DNA of 64,000 nucleotides from Promethearchaeia archaeon (lineage in GTDB: Archaea; Asgardarchaeota; Lokiarchaeia; Sigyniarchaeales; SOKP01). Under the pieces are notes generated by a model, which worked only from the letters and a program-made list of their open reading frames with translations, did not search any database and was not told the DNA's origin. The stretch covers positions 50,449 through 114,448 of the forward strand of contig JAHQWH010000193.1 in the NCBI GenBank assembly GCA_029856105.1. Direction: 5' to 3'. The position numbers and the translations under genes are program-made. This document shows positions 20,353 to 29,821 of this stretch, one piece after another; position 1 is the stretch's first letter; every line of letters starts with the position of its first letter.

Positions 20353-22170
20353 TTATTTAGAATAACTTCCAAATTGAGGAAATGTCTTTAATTGGGTCGA
20401 ATTGAAGATAGGCCCATCTTTACATACGCTAATATCGTTCTTTTCTCCTACACAACAAGAACCACATAATCCTACTCCACATTTCATTTTTCTTTCCAGA
20501 CTAGCTTGAATTTCGATGTTTTTAGAATCTGCGATTTCGAGAACCCGTTTCATCATGATTTCCGGTCCACATGTAATAATAAGATCTATATTTTCCTTTT
20601 CAATTATATCTTCAATAGGATCCGTTACAACACATTTCTTACCTACAGACCCGTCTTCCGTAGTACACATCGTATTTGGAATTAGATCTATTAATCGATC
20701 GGCAAATATTAACGAGGGCTCATCTTTCGCTCCGATCGCTACAAATACATTCTTTTTATTTAATCTTAGAGATTCTGTTATAGTAATTAACGCTGGAATT
20801 CCCATTCCACCTCCTACTACAAGGATACTTTTTGCTTTTTCGTAATTAAACGAGTTTCCAAAAGGACCTCTAATCCCTATAGAATCTCCTTCTCTTAATT
20901 CAAATAATTTTGATGTTCCTTCACCAATTTTTTGAACTGTTACTTCGATAAGATTACCATTTATGCTAGAGATGGACATTGGTAAGAAATCAATATCGGG
21001 AAGCCATAATATAACAAACATTCCGGGTTTGTAGGCTTTCGCAATTCGCGGGTTTTTAACTATGAAGCTTTTAATATCGTGAGCATGCTCTTTTATCGAT
21101 TTAATTTTTACTATATCAGTTTTATTTCTTGTAATGTCTAAAATCAAATCCTCCTTTTCGTGTTCTAGAGGCTTTGTTTCGAGGAAACCTTGTTCGACAG
21201 CTAGCTCAAAAACTTCTTTACCTCTTTCAGTTCGCACAATTATAGTATTCCATCCGTCTTCACTGCCAAACTCTCCAACAGATATATCTGCAAACGAGGC
21301 TGTATAATCGGAACACGAAAAACAAGCAGCTCTAATTGCTTTATCGTATAAATAATTAAGGGGTATTTCTTTGACTGTTGAATCAACGCTTACTTTCATT
21401 TTGAAATTATCTTTATCGATATCAATTTTATCAACCTCGCTTAGGTTGATGTTAAATTCCTCAAACGCGATTTTTAATAATTGGTTGTAATAAGTTCCAA
21501 AACAAAAGGTTCCAATGGCTAACGTTACTAGATCGTAAGCTTCGTAATCGAAAGCAGGATGGTTTTGTACTTTTCTCAAAGCTTGTATTTGGCATGGAGT
21601 GCCTACTACCGCGATATCTTTACACTCCTTATTGATGGCATCGCCTAGAAGCGAAAGAGTTGGACCTTGACTTGGTTTATACCCAGCTCCTTTAAGTAAA
21701 TCTTGTTGACTCTGAGCAATTATTGGAAAAGGTCTGAAGTTCTCATCTTTATCAGTAATAATCGATGCGTCGATGAGACCATTCTCCATAGCAACCCATA
21801 GTAATCCTGTTAAAGGTCCTGCTTCAGCTGGGATCTTTTTACGTGCTTTATTTGTTAATTTTACAGAAACTATTTCGATATAGTGACCCAAAATTTTATC
21901 GTGTTCTTTACCAAAAACCCATTTATCTAATAGTGACAGAGGAATCTTCTCATTTTCAGTTTTCGGACAGAGATTATAACAGAGCCCGAATCCGTCTTTA
22001 CAAGTATTCATATCTTTGCAAGATCCATCTTCTATTGGGATTTCTTTTTCTCTATCAAATTGAATGCTAGCACAAAAGGCTCCACAAGCTCCACAGTATA
22101 CGCATTTTCCCGTTTGAATTATTTCCTCGTATAGTTCTTTCCAACCTTTTTGAGTTTTCCCAATATACAT
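20353..22170 (-). CDS. Fusion of F420 hydrogenase/dehydrogenase beta-subunit-like domain (FrhB) and PyrK-like FAD/NAD/[2Fe-2S] electron-transfer domain
   Basis: N-terminal CVYCGACGAFC ferredoxin; FrhB motifs VVGTPCQIQA, IGTFC, ACFSCSDY and ADISVG; C-terminal KPGMFV, RGPFGN, VGGGMG, CGPEIMM and ERKMKCGVGLCGSC..VCKDGP. Confidence 0.88.
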   Translation of the reverse strand: MYIGKTQKGWKELYEEIIQTGKCVYCGACGAFCASIQFDREKEIPIEDGSCKDMNTCKDGFGLCYNLCPKTENEKIPLSLLDKWVFGKEHDKILGHYIEIVSVKLTNKARKKIPAEAGPLTGLLWVAMENGLIDASIITDKDENFRPFPIIAQSQQDLLKGAGYKPSQGPTLSLLGDAINKECKDIAVVGTPCQIQALRKVQNHPAFDYEAYDLVTLAIGTFCFGTYYNQLLKIAFEEFNINLSEVDKIDIDKDNFKMKVSVDSTVKEIPLNYLYDKAIRAACFSCSDYTASFADISVGEFGSEDGWNTIIVRTERGKEVFELAVEQGFLETKPLEHEKEDLILDITRNKTDIVKIKSIKEHAHDIKSFIVKNPRIAKAYKPGMFVILWLPDIDFLPMSISSINGNLIEVTVQKIGEGTSKLFELREGDSIGIRGPFGNSFNYEKAKSILVVGGGMGIPALITITESLRLNKKNVFVAIGAKDEPSLIFADRLIDLIPNTMCTTEDGSVGKKCVVTDPIEDIIEKENIDLIITCGPEIMMKRVLEIADSKNIEIQASLERKMKCGVGLCGSCCVGEKNDISVCKDGPIFNSTQLKTFPQFGSYSK

Positions 22171-22171
22171 T

Positions 22172-22771
22172 TTATTTACCTTCCTCCTTTAATTTTTGAA
22201 GAAATTTTTTTGCTTCTTGTTTTCCAAGCTCAAACGCTTCTATATTTGTGTCTAAGGTTGAACTTGGCACAAACTTTTTAATCGTTTTTAAAGCAGATTC
22301 TTCAGAAAATATCCCTGCAAGTATAGTAAAAACAGCAAACAAAATTGTATTTCCAAATACTATGTTACCAAATTTTTCAACAGCTAATTTCTGAACGGGG
22401 ATGTTCAAGGCTTTACTTATTTTTTTTGCCCCTCTAAATTTGTTTATCGTTGAGGGATCCCAAACTAAAAACCCGGTATTTTTATCAGATTTAACAAAAT
22501 TAGCTTTTATATCATTAGCAGATTCTTGAGACAAAACAATTAGAAAATCGTACGGCTTTAAGGCTTTCGGGTAATCAATATATTCAATACTTTTATCTAA
22601 ATCAACGACAACTTCCGCCCAACATTTTCCTCCGCGTGCAGCGGCAGAATAAGCTTCTGTTTGCGTAGCAGCGAGACCTTCATAGATTGAACTTGCCATA
22701 ATTATCATTTTGCTGAGAGTGATAACTCCTTGGCCGCCAAATCCACTTACTCGAATTTCGTATCGAGACAT
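22172..22771 (-). CDS. 2-oxoacid:ferredoxin oxidoreductase gamma subunit
   Basis: EIRVSGFGGQGVI, YSAAARGG and NIEAFELG. Confidence 0.92.
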   Translation of the reverse strand: MSRYEIRVSGFGGQGVITLSKMIIMASSIYEGLAATQTEAYSAAARGGKCWAEVVVDLDKSIEYIDYPKALKPYDFLIVLSQESANDIKANFVKSDKNTGFLVWDPSTINKFRGAKKISKALNIPVQKLAVEKFGNIVFGNTILFAVFTILAGIFSEESALKTIKKFVPSSTLDTNIEAFELGKQEAKKFLQKLKEEGK

Positions 22772-22774
22772 TGT

Positions 22775-23692
22775 TTATGTGCCTCCTCTTGCGATTTTTT
22801 GTATTTTAGCGTATTCTTCTGAGTACTCTGGTTTATCTGGCTCGTATCTAAATTCACCAATAATGTATTTATTAAACAATTCTACTTCACTCATGAATTT
22901 CGCTTGGTTTTTTCTTACGCTATTTCGCTTAATCCATTCTATCATCTTACCTGCTGTATCCATTTTTTCTCCTTTTTCTCCTAAATATTCAGCTCCTAAA
23001 CTACTCAAATTTTTTCTACCAAAATAAGTAACACAAGGCGTGATTAGCTCAATTACTGAAGTGCCTTTATGTTTTAAGGCTTTTCTGAAATACTTCATGA
23101 AAGTACGAGGATGAGCTACGGTAGTTCGTGCTACATAAGTTGCACCAGCTGCAAGAGCAAGTTTCACTCCATCACTTCTATTTTCAAACATTTTATATGG
23201 TGTTGTTGTACTATTAGCACCGTACAGGGTTGTTGGCGCACCTTGACCACCTGTCATTGCGTAAATACTATTGTTAAATATTAATATAATGCAATCTATA
23301 TTTCGGCGACAAGTATGGATAAAATGGTTCCCTCCAATTCCTAAACAATCGCCATCTCCTGTAAATATTATAGGTTTCATTTGAGGGTTGGCCATTTTCA
23401 TGCCAGTTGCTAACGAGGGTGCCCGACCGTGGAGCGATAAAACTTTTTGGGTAGCATGATGTACTAGTAATAACATCTGACTATAGCATCCAATACCGAT
23501 AACTAACGGGTATAATTTTGGATCTAGTTTTTCGTCTTCAAATATTCGGGTAAAAATATGGGCGATGATCCCATAACCGCATCCAGCGCAAAATCTAGAC
23601 GAATAATTACCCAATAAATGGCCCGCGTAAGAGATTAATACGTAAGGATTCTCTGGTTTCTCGTTTGGAAACATTGGTCCTATTCCCGACAT
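22775..23692 (-). CDS. 2-oxoacid:ferredoxin oxidoreductase beta subunit
   Basis: FCAGCG, GIGC, LHGRA and TPP motif GDGD..NNSIYAMTGGQ. Confidence 0.93.
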   Translation of the reverse strand: MSGIGPMFPNEKPENPYVLISYAGHLLGNYSSRFCAGCGYGIIAHIFTRIFEDEKLDPKLYPLVIGIGCYSQMLLLVHHATQKVLSLHGRAPSLATGMKMANPQMKPIIFTGDGDCLGIGGNHFIHTCRRNIDCIILIFNNSIYAMTGGQGAPTTLYGANSTTTPYKMFENRSDGVKLALAAGATYVARTTVAHPRTFMKYFRKALKHKGTSVIELITPCVTYFGRKNLSSLGAEYLGEKGEKMDTAGKMIEWIKRNSVRKNQAKFMSEVELFNKYIIGEFRYEPDKPEYSEEYAKIQKIARGGT

Positions 23693-24861
23693 TAATTAGC
23701 CACCTCCTTAATAACTTTTAAAATATCATGTGGATGATGTATTTCACATGCTTTTGGAATTCTAATAACTGGTGTGCTAAGCTCAGTTACCCGTTCGACT
23801 TGTTCTGCTATAATTCCTGTATAGTTTAACTCAGGAACTATAACTGCTTTAACATCCTTAACAGCTTCTTTAACTTTCTCGTCTGGAAAAGGCCAGATTG
23901 TTATAAGTCTGAAAATTCCAACTTTTATTCCTTCTTTCCGTGCTAAATCAACCGCACGATAACTGGTTCTAACAGGTAGACCATAAGCAATTATAACTAT
24001 TTCAGCATCGTCCAATTTATAAGTGCTTGTTAGCGAAATTTTATCTATATTGCTAGTTATTTTATCGATCATCATCTCTATAAATTGAAGTGGTTTGGGT
24101 GTCGGTAAACCTTCGTAATTGTGAGGTTGCGAGAGAAACATTCCTGGACAATAATCAGTACCTATAATCGGTGGTTTAGGGATAACATATTTCCCGAGGT
24201 TCTCGTCTTTATAAGAAAATTTTTTGGTAAAATCATTTGGTAATTCACGGTCAATTACTCTCTTTAACACCTCTTCTTGTTGTGGTATATTAACTACTTC
24301 GTGAAGGTGTCCTAAATAAGCATCTGACATAATAAACACTGGGCAACGGTATGTCTCAGCAAAGTTAAATGCTGTAATTGTTAAATCATATAATTCTTGA
24401 CAACTCATTGGTGCTAATGTTATAACTTGAAATTCACCATTTCCCGCAAAGCGCATTAACCCTATATCATTATGATGCGGTTCTGTTACATATCCCGTCC
24501 CAGGACCATTACGCTGTACATCACAAAAAACAAACGGGATTTCTAAATTTGCTGCCATTGAGATCGTTTCGGTCATTAAAGAAAGACCAGGACCAGAAGT
24601 TGCTGTCATAGCCTTAGCGCCGACTAAGGAAGCCCCGATTACAGAATTAATAGATGCTATTTCGTCCTCCATTTGCATACAAACACCTCCAATTTGTGGC
24701 AATCTAACTGCAAGATGTTCAATTACCTCGGTACTTGGGGTGATAGGGTAACCTCCAAAAAATTTCAATCCAGCAGCTATAGCGCCTTCGGACATCGCTA
24801 TGTTTCCCATCATTAGATGTTTACCTTCTGGTAAGAATCTTTTACTATTTTCTATATCCAT
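23692..24861 (-). CDS. 2-oxoacid:ferredoxin oxidoreductase alpha subunit
   Basis: GYPITPSTE, QMEDEIAS, TATSGPG and PELN. Confidence 0.93.
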   Translation of the reverse strand: MDIENSKRFLPEGKHLMMGNIAMSEGAIAAGLKFFGGYPITPSTEVIEHLAVRLPQIGGVCMQMEDEIASINSVIGASLVGAKAMTATSGPGLSLMTETISMAANLEIPFVFCDVQRNGPGTGYVTEPHHNDIGLMRFAGNGEFQVITLAPMSCQELYDLTITAFNFAETYRCPVFIMSDAYLGHLHEVVNIPQQEEVLKRVIDRELPNDFTKKFSYKDENLGKYVIPKPPIIGTDYCPGMFLSQPHNYEGLPTPKPLQFIEMMIDKITSNIDKISLTSTYKLDDAEIVIIAYGLPVRTSYRAVDLARKEGIKVGIFRLITIWPFPDEKVKEAVKDVKAVIVPELNYTGIIAEQVERVTELSTPVIRIPKACEIHHPHDILKVIKEVAN

Positions 24862-24875
24862 TTTTTTTCACCTTG

Positions 24876-25145
24876 TTATACTTTGGCTTTATTAGCCACA
24901 TTTTCATTTTCTGATTCTTGCAAAATGTATATACACCAATCTGGACATCCATATTCGCATCGTTTACACGCTGTACAATATTTTGCTTTCCCTTCTTTAA
25001 CTCGTGGAATATAAGCAATTCTCATATTTAACTCGTCTCCCATTTCTAAAATACCTGTTGGGCACACATAGACACAAACTTGACAACCACCACACCTATT
25101 TTTATTTAGGAATAATGAAAAATTCTTCTCTCTATTCTCTAACAA
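24876..25145 (-). CDS. 2-oxoacid:ferredoxin oxidoreductase delta subunit (2x[4Fe-4S])
   Basis: CGGCQVCVYVCP and CTACKRCEYGCP; first gene of the operon. Confidence 0.88.
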   Translation of the reverse strand: MLENREKNFSLFLNKNRCGGCQVCVYVCPTGILEMGDELNMRIAYIPRVKEGKAKYCTACKRCEYGCPDWCIYILQESENENVANKAKV

Positions 25146-25301
25146 TTTTGGAATTTTAGACCAACTCAGTTTTTATCTGATATTTTATTTAAATATTTTT
25201 ACCGTTATAAATTTCAATTTAATTTATTTTAAGTCTTTCTGCAATTATTCTTAAATAAAATAACATCAAATCTTAATTAAAACTAAAAAGTTAATTAAAT
25301 T

Positions 25302-26039
25302 ATGAGAAAGATAATTTATTTAGGGTGTTTATCAAGCTCAAAATACAAAGAAACTTGCGAAAATGGAATAAAGATCATTAAATTCCTTGACAATGAATAC
25401 GAAATTCTTGATGGTGTCCCTTGTTGCGGCGCGTTATCTTATCACATTTCCAGCGACGAAGAATTAAAGAAACACGTAGAATTTGTGAATAATTGGTTTA
25501 AATCAAACGATGTTTCTAAAATTGTTACGATTTGCGCAGGTTGTTATAATTATCTAACTCGATATTATAAACAATATTTAGGCTCTGATTTCAATGTCGA
25601 AGTTAAACACCTTTTACAATTTATGGCTACACCTGAAAATTTAAAGAAGTTGAATTTAAAGTATTCTGGAAAAAAATTAATTGTCAATTATCACGATGCT
25701 TGTCATCTACGAAATGCGATTCCACCAATCATCGAAGAACCAAGAACAATCATCAACTCGATCGATAATATAGAAATATTCGAAATGGAAAACACAAAAA
25801 TTAATAGTATTTGTTGTGGGGCTGGCGGAGGTGTCTATGCCATTTTTAAAGAAAATAGCGATTATAACGCTAAATCGATTTTCAATCAAATGAGGAAAGG
25901 AAAAGCTTTGTTAACAGCCTGTCCATTCTGTTATACTGCATTACAAAGAATACGAAAAGAAAATAATATTAGGAAACCTGTAATTAAATTTGAGGATTTT
26001 TTAATCAAAATAATGAATCAGGAGGATCCCTTAATATGA
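25302..26039 (+). CDS. CCG-domain Fe-S protein (LutA/GlpC/HdrB-like)
   Basis: YLGC, CCG, CAGC, YHDACHL, CCGAGGG and TACPFC. Confidence 0.88.
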   Translation: MRKIIYLGCLSSSKYKETCENGIKIIKFLDNEYEILDGVPCCGALSYHISSDEELKKHVEFVNNWFKSNDVSKIVTICAGCYNYLTRYYKQYLGSDFNVEVKHLLQFMATPENLKKLNLKYSGKKLIVNYHDACHLRNAIPPIIEEPRTIINSIDNIEIFEMENTKINSICCGAGGGVYAIFKENSDYNAKSIFNQMRKGKALLTACPFCYTALQRIRKENNIRKPVIKFEDFLIKIMNQEDPLI

Positions 26040-27340
26040 GCGAAAAAGGAAAAGAGCTATATGAAAAAGTAAAAGAAAAGATAGAACAATTAAACGATAA
26101 AGATTCAGTCTACAGCAAGTTTGGAGATATCTGGAAGCTAGCAAGCTTAGGTAAGTATCGTTCCTTCGATTTACGATATCTTTACGAAGATACTAGTAGA
26201 GAATTTGTTGAAGAACACAAAGAACATCTTACCAAAATACGTGAAGATTTCGTTGAAAATATTGATGACTATGTAAAAAAATGCATAGATGTGATGCGTA
26301 AGACTAATAAATTTAAGGTTTATTACGCCAAAACAAACGAGGAAGCCCAAAAAATTTTTATGGAAGAGTTAGGAGATAATAAAGTTTTATACAAATCAAA
26401 ATCTTTGGAAGCAAAGGATATAGGAATAATTGATGTTTTAAAGAAAAATAATATAGAAATTAAAGAAACAGATTTAGGCGACGTCCTATGCCAACTATTT
26501 GATTACAAATATCCAAGTTTCACCTTAGCTCCTGGAGTTCAATTTACTGAAAAAGAAATCGTCGCAAAAATGAAGGAAAAATATGGAATAGATATAGAGG
26601 AGAAAGCAGAAGCAATAGTAGCCTATTACCGGAAGAATTATCGCCCAGAATTACTTAATGATGTTAAGGTTTCTCTTACATCAGCTAATGTAATTGCTGC
26701 AAATGATGGTTCTATCGTTCTAATTGAGAATGAAGGAAATATTAGTCTCTTAACTAGGGCGACTGAGAAACACATCGTTGTAGTAGGAATACAAAAAATC
26801 GTTCCAAATGTTTTTGATGCTCTAATTGTAGCTAAATTACATGAGAGAATAAATAATGTAGATGGAGCTTATATTAGTTTTATATCCGCGGCATCAAATA
26901 CTTCCGATATTCAAGGAAAGCGTGTATTTGGGATGTATGGTGCGAAAGAAGTAGTTATAATATTTGTAGATGACTGGAGAATTAAAGCAGCAAAAGAAAA
27001 TCTATTTTATAAAGATATTCTAAAATGTATCTCATGTAAAAGTTGTGATTATGTATGCACAGCTTCTCGAGCATTTGGTAATATCTACGCATCAAAATAC
27101 GGTATTGGAGCAATAAATATCGTTCGAGATTATATTCATAATGGAATCGAAGCTGCTGTTAAAGATGGTTTATTCTTATGTACAGGTTGCGAAAATTGTA
27201 CGAATTGGTGTCCTGTGGGAGTTGATTTAGCAGAAATCATGAAAAAACTTAAAAAAGAAGCTACTGAAAAAGAGCTTTGTCCTCCTTCGTTAAAAGAATA
27301 TAAAGAAAAAATATTCAGAGATAAGAACCCATTCATTTAA
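26036..27340 (+). CDS. LUD-domain Fe-S protein (LutB-like)
   Basis: KSKS, ETDLGD, IENEGNI and two 4Fe-4S motifs (CISCKSCDYVC, CTGCENCTNWCP). ATGA overlap with the upstream gene. Confidence 0.88.
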   Translation: MSEKGKELYEKVKEKIEQLNDKDSVYSKFGDIWKLASLGKYRSFDLRYLYEDTSREFVEEHKEHLTKIREDFVENIDDYVKKCIDVMRKTNKFKVYYAKTNEEAQKIFMEELGDNKVLYKSKSLEAKDIGIIDVLKKNNIEIKETDLGDVLCQLFDYKYPSFTLAPGVQFTEKEIVAKMKEKYGIDIEEKAEAIVAYYRKNYRPELLNDVKVSLTSANVIAANDGSIVLIENEGNISLLTRATEKHIVVVGIQKIVPNVFDALIVAKLHERINNVDGAYISFISAASNTSDIQGKRVFGMYGAKEVVIIFVDDWRIKAAKENLFYKDILKCISCKSCDYVCTASRAFGNIYASKYGIGAINIVRDYIHNGIEAAVKDGLFLCTGCENCTNWCPVGVDLAEIMKKLKKEATEKELCPPSLKEYKEKIFRDKNPFI

Positions 27341-27455
27341 TTTTAGAATAAGATTATTTTTGTTTGGGTGCAAAATTTAGTGATTCAATATCAACATTTA
27401 AAGTAATATAAAATTGGTTTGATTTAATAATCCTATATTGTAATATAACGAATAG

Positions 27456-28085
27456 CTAATTAAAATAATAAAATAATAAACTAACTATTATTTGAGTAAG
27501 TATGCAAATAGTAAATAGCATGGAAAATGTCCCAAATTTCTCTTTCTTTCCAAATTTACCCACCCATATGCTCTCAGATTCTTTCCTGACTTTGAAAACA
27601 CCAGTTGATATTCCTATACTAAAAATCGCACTGTAAGTAAACATTCCAAGAATAGATCCAAAATCAATAATATTTAACAAGTAAAGTTCTAATGCTAAAA
27701 AAACTACGAGTGGCAAGAATATTATTTGAAACAAAAATATTGTTGATTTTAAATTTGCTATCGCTATCTGAAGTTTATTGAAACTATGAATATCCTCTTT
27801 TTCCTTGACTCTAAGTATAAGTTGCAAACAAATTTCACCAATTTCATTTAATATATATTTTCCATCAACATCTTTTTTAATCAGCAAATCGTTCATTTCT
27901 CTTAAATGATAGTTTAAAAGACTACTTTCCGGAATATTAAGATTTTTCAAAATTTGTGAGTAAGTTTGTGGACTTTTAGATAATTGTTTAAGAATTCCTC
28001 TCCGCATTGGATGTTTTAACAAGTTAAAAATTTGTGAAAGTTCTTTTTCTGAGAGATATTTATTTATTACTATCAAAATCACCAA
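27456..28085 (-). CDS. Membrane-anchored ArsR-like winged-helix protein
   Basis: LKHPMRRGILKQL..YSQI..LNYHL..YILNEIG, followed by three TM helices. Confidence 0.75.
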   Translation of the reverse strand: MVILIVINKYLSEKELSQIFNLLKHPMRRGILKQLSKSPQTYSQILKNLNIPESSLLNYHLREMNDLLIKKDVDGKYILNEIGEICLQLILRVKEKEDIHSFNKLQIAIANLKSTIFLFQIIFLPLVVFLALELYLLNIIDFGSILGMFTYSAIFSIGISTGVFKVRKESESIWVGKFGKKEKFGTFSMLFTICILTQIIVSLLFYYFN

Positions 28086-28237
28086 TTAATCAGAAAAAAG
28101 ATATTGATATAAACTTTTTTGGAAAATTTTCTTTACAAAAAAAAACTTACTTATTTTCGACTGGAAAATCGTAGATCATTTAAATTTAAATGCATTTTAT
28201 GTTAAGTTCAAAAAGGATTATTAATTCTATGTAAAAT

Positions 28238-29422
28238 CTATAGCTGATACATTGTTGAAAGGATTGTATTTGCTCTCAAAATTGCCAAATCTTCAAAACC
28301 TAGAATTTCAGCACAAGTTCGTTCCCCATTGCATGTTGATTTTAGTTTAGTCCATAGTACTTCAGCAATATCCTCAACTGTTTTATTTTCCGTAAAAATC
28401 TTACTCGCGTCAATATCGATATTTCCTGCCATCCATTCACAACTTCGTGTATTCCCACAAACTTTGATTACAGGGGCAACTGGATTCCCGCATGGACTTC
28501 CTCGACCTGTTGTCATAATAATTACCTGTGCTCCCGCAGCAGCAAGCCCCGTCATTGATTCTATATCTAATCCCGGTTCAATCATTAACCACAAACCCCT
28601 TCCTTTTGGGGGCTCCGAATAGTCTAATAATCCTTGGATAGGTGCCTTTCCTGCTTTGGCGATGGTACCTAATGATTTTTCCTCGATTGTAGTTAATCCA
28701 CCCTTTATATTTCCAGGTGTTGGTTGAATTCCTCGGAAATCTATTCCGAGTCTTCTAGTTCCTTCTAGAAATCGATTTAAAGTGGAATGGATTTTTTCAG
28801 CTACGTCTTTATTTACTGCCCTTTCAATTAGCAAATGTTCTGTACCTATCCATTCTGTAAATTCAGGAAGAATAGATGTGCCTCCTAAATTTACAACTTT
28901 ATCTGAGACAATTCCCAAAGAAGGATTAGCAGATATTCCCGATATTGAGTCAGAACTCCCACATTCTAATCCTAATACGAGATGAGAGAAGTCGAACGGT
29001 TCACGTTTTAATTCCTTTGCAGCCTCTGATATTTTTTTTCCAATTTTGATGCCTTTTTCTATTGCTGCAGTTGTTCCTCCTTGAATGTCTTGGACATCAA
29101 AGAATTCCACTGGTTTTTTTGATTGTTTAATTTTTCTTGCCAATAATTTACTGGTGATATTCTCACAACCTAAACCAACCACAATAACCCCATAAATATT
29201 TGGGTTTATTCCTAAACCAGATAAAGTTCGAACTGTATAATTAAAGTCTGGACCAAATTGACCGCAACCTAGCGGGTGCGTTATAGCAACCGCATTTTCA
29301 ATTTGGTTCGCAATTTGTCGTGTGACGTGATTAACGCATACTACTGAAGATATAACAGCTACTTTATTACGAATACCTACTTTTCCTTTAGGTCTTTGGT
29401 AACCAAAGAATTCTTCGGTTAT
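28238..29422 (-). CDS. UxaA/GarD-family sugar-acid dehydratase large subunit; start extended to ATA at 29422
   Basis: The frame continues 80 codons upstream of the track start through the conserved FFGYQRPKGKVGIRN and HPLGCGQ. Other motifs: GLECGSSD, GNIKGGLTTIEEKSLG, TTGRG. Confidence 0.88.
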   Translation of the reverse strand: MTEEFFGYQRPKGKVGIRNKVAVISSVVCVNHVTRQIANQIENAVAITHPLGCGQFGPDFNYTVRTLSGLGINPNIYGVIVVGLGCENITSKLLARKIKQSKKPVEFFDVQDIQGGTTAAIEKGIKIGKKISEAAKELKREPFDFSHLVLGLECGSSDSISGISANPSLGIVSDKVVNLGGTSILPEFTEWIGTEHLLIERAVNKDVAEKIHSTLNRFLEGTRRLGIDFRGIQPTPGNIKGGLTTIEEKSLGTIAKAGKAPIQGLLDYSEPPKGRGLWLMIEPGLDIESMTGLAAAGAQVIIMTTGRGSPCGNPVAPVIKVCGNTRSCEWMAGNIDIDASKIFTENKTVEDIAEVLWTKLKSTCNGERTCAEILGFEDLAILRANTILSTMYQL

Positions 29423-29706
29423 TTTTTAGCCACCTCCAAATAGTAACTTTTTAGATTGTGTGTGTGAATCCAATCACCCGTTTTTATATCTTGAGTAGTT
29501 ATGCCAATAATTTGACCATATTTTTTTACTAATTCTCCTTTATTAATATCTTTCAGTGAGAATTTATGCCCCATCGGAATATTTTGATTTAAATTTATGA
29601 AAATTTCGTTTGATTTTAATTCAGTGTCTTTAGATATATCTATTAAAGCCGTAGCGCAATTATCATCCAAATGCATAATAATTAATTTATTTTTTAAATC
29701 AGACAT
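29419..29706 (-). CDS. UxaA-family dehydratase small (SAF-domain) subunit
   Basis: DNCATAL, IPMGHKFSL, KYGQIIG and GDWIHTHN. Confidence 0.9.
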   Translation of the reverse strand: MSDLKNKLIIMHLDDNCATALIDISKDTELKSNEIFINLNQNIPMGHKFSLKDINKGELVKKYGQIIGITTQDIKTGDWIHTHNLKSYYLEVAKK

Positions 29707-29821
29707 CTTAGATAAATAATTTTCAAATTCTATTTTATAATGTTTTTAAACTTTCTTAGCATTTATTATATTTAATAATTGTTTATGAATATATTACAAA
29801 TTTTTAAAAGAGTTAATAAAA

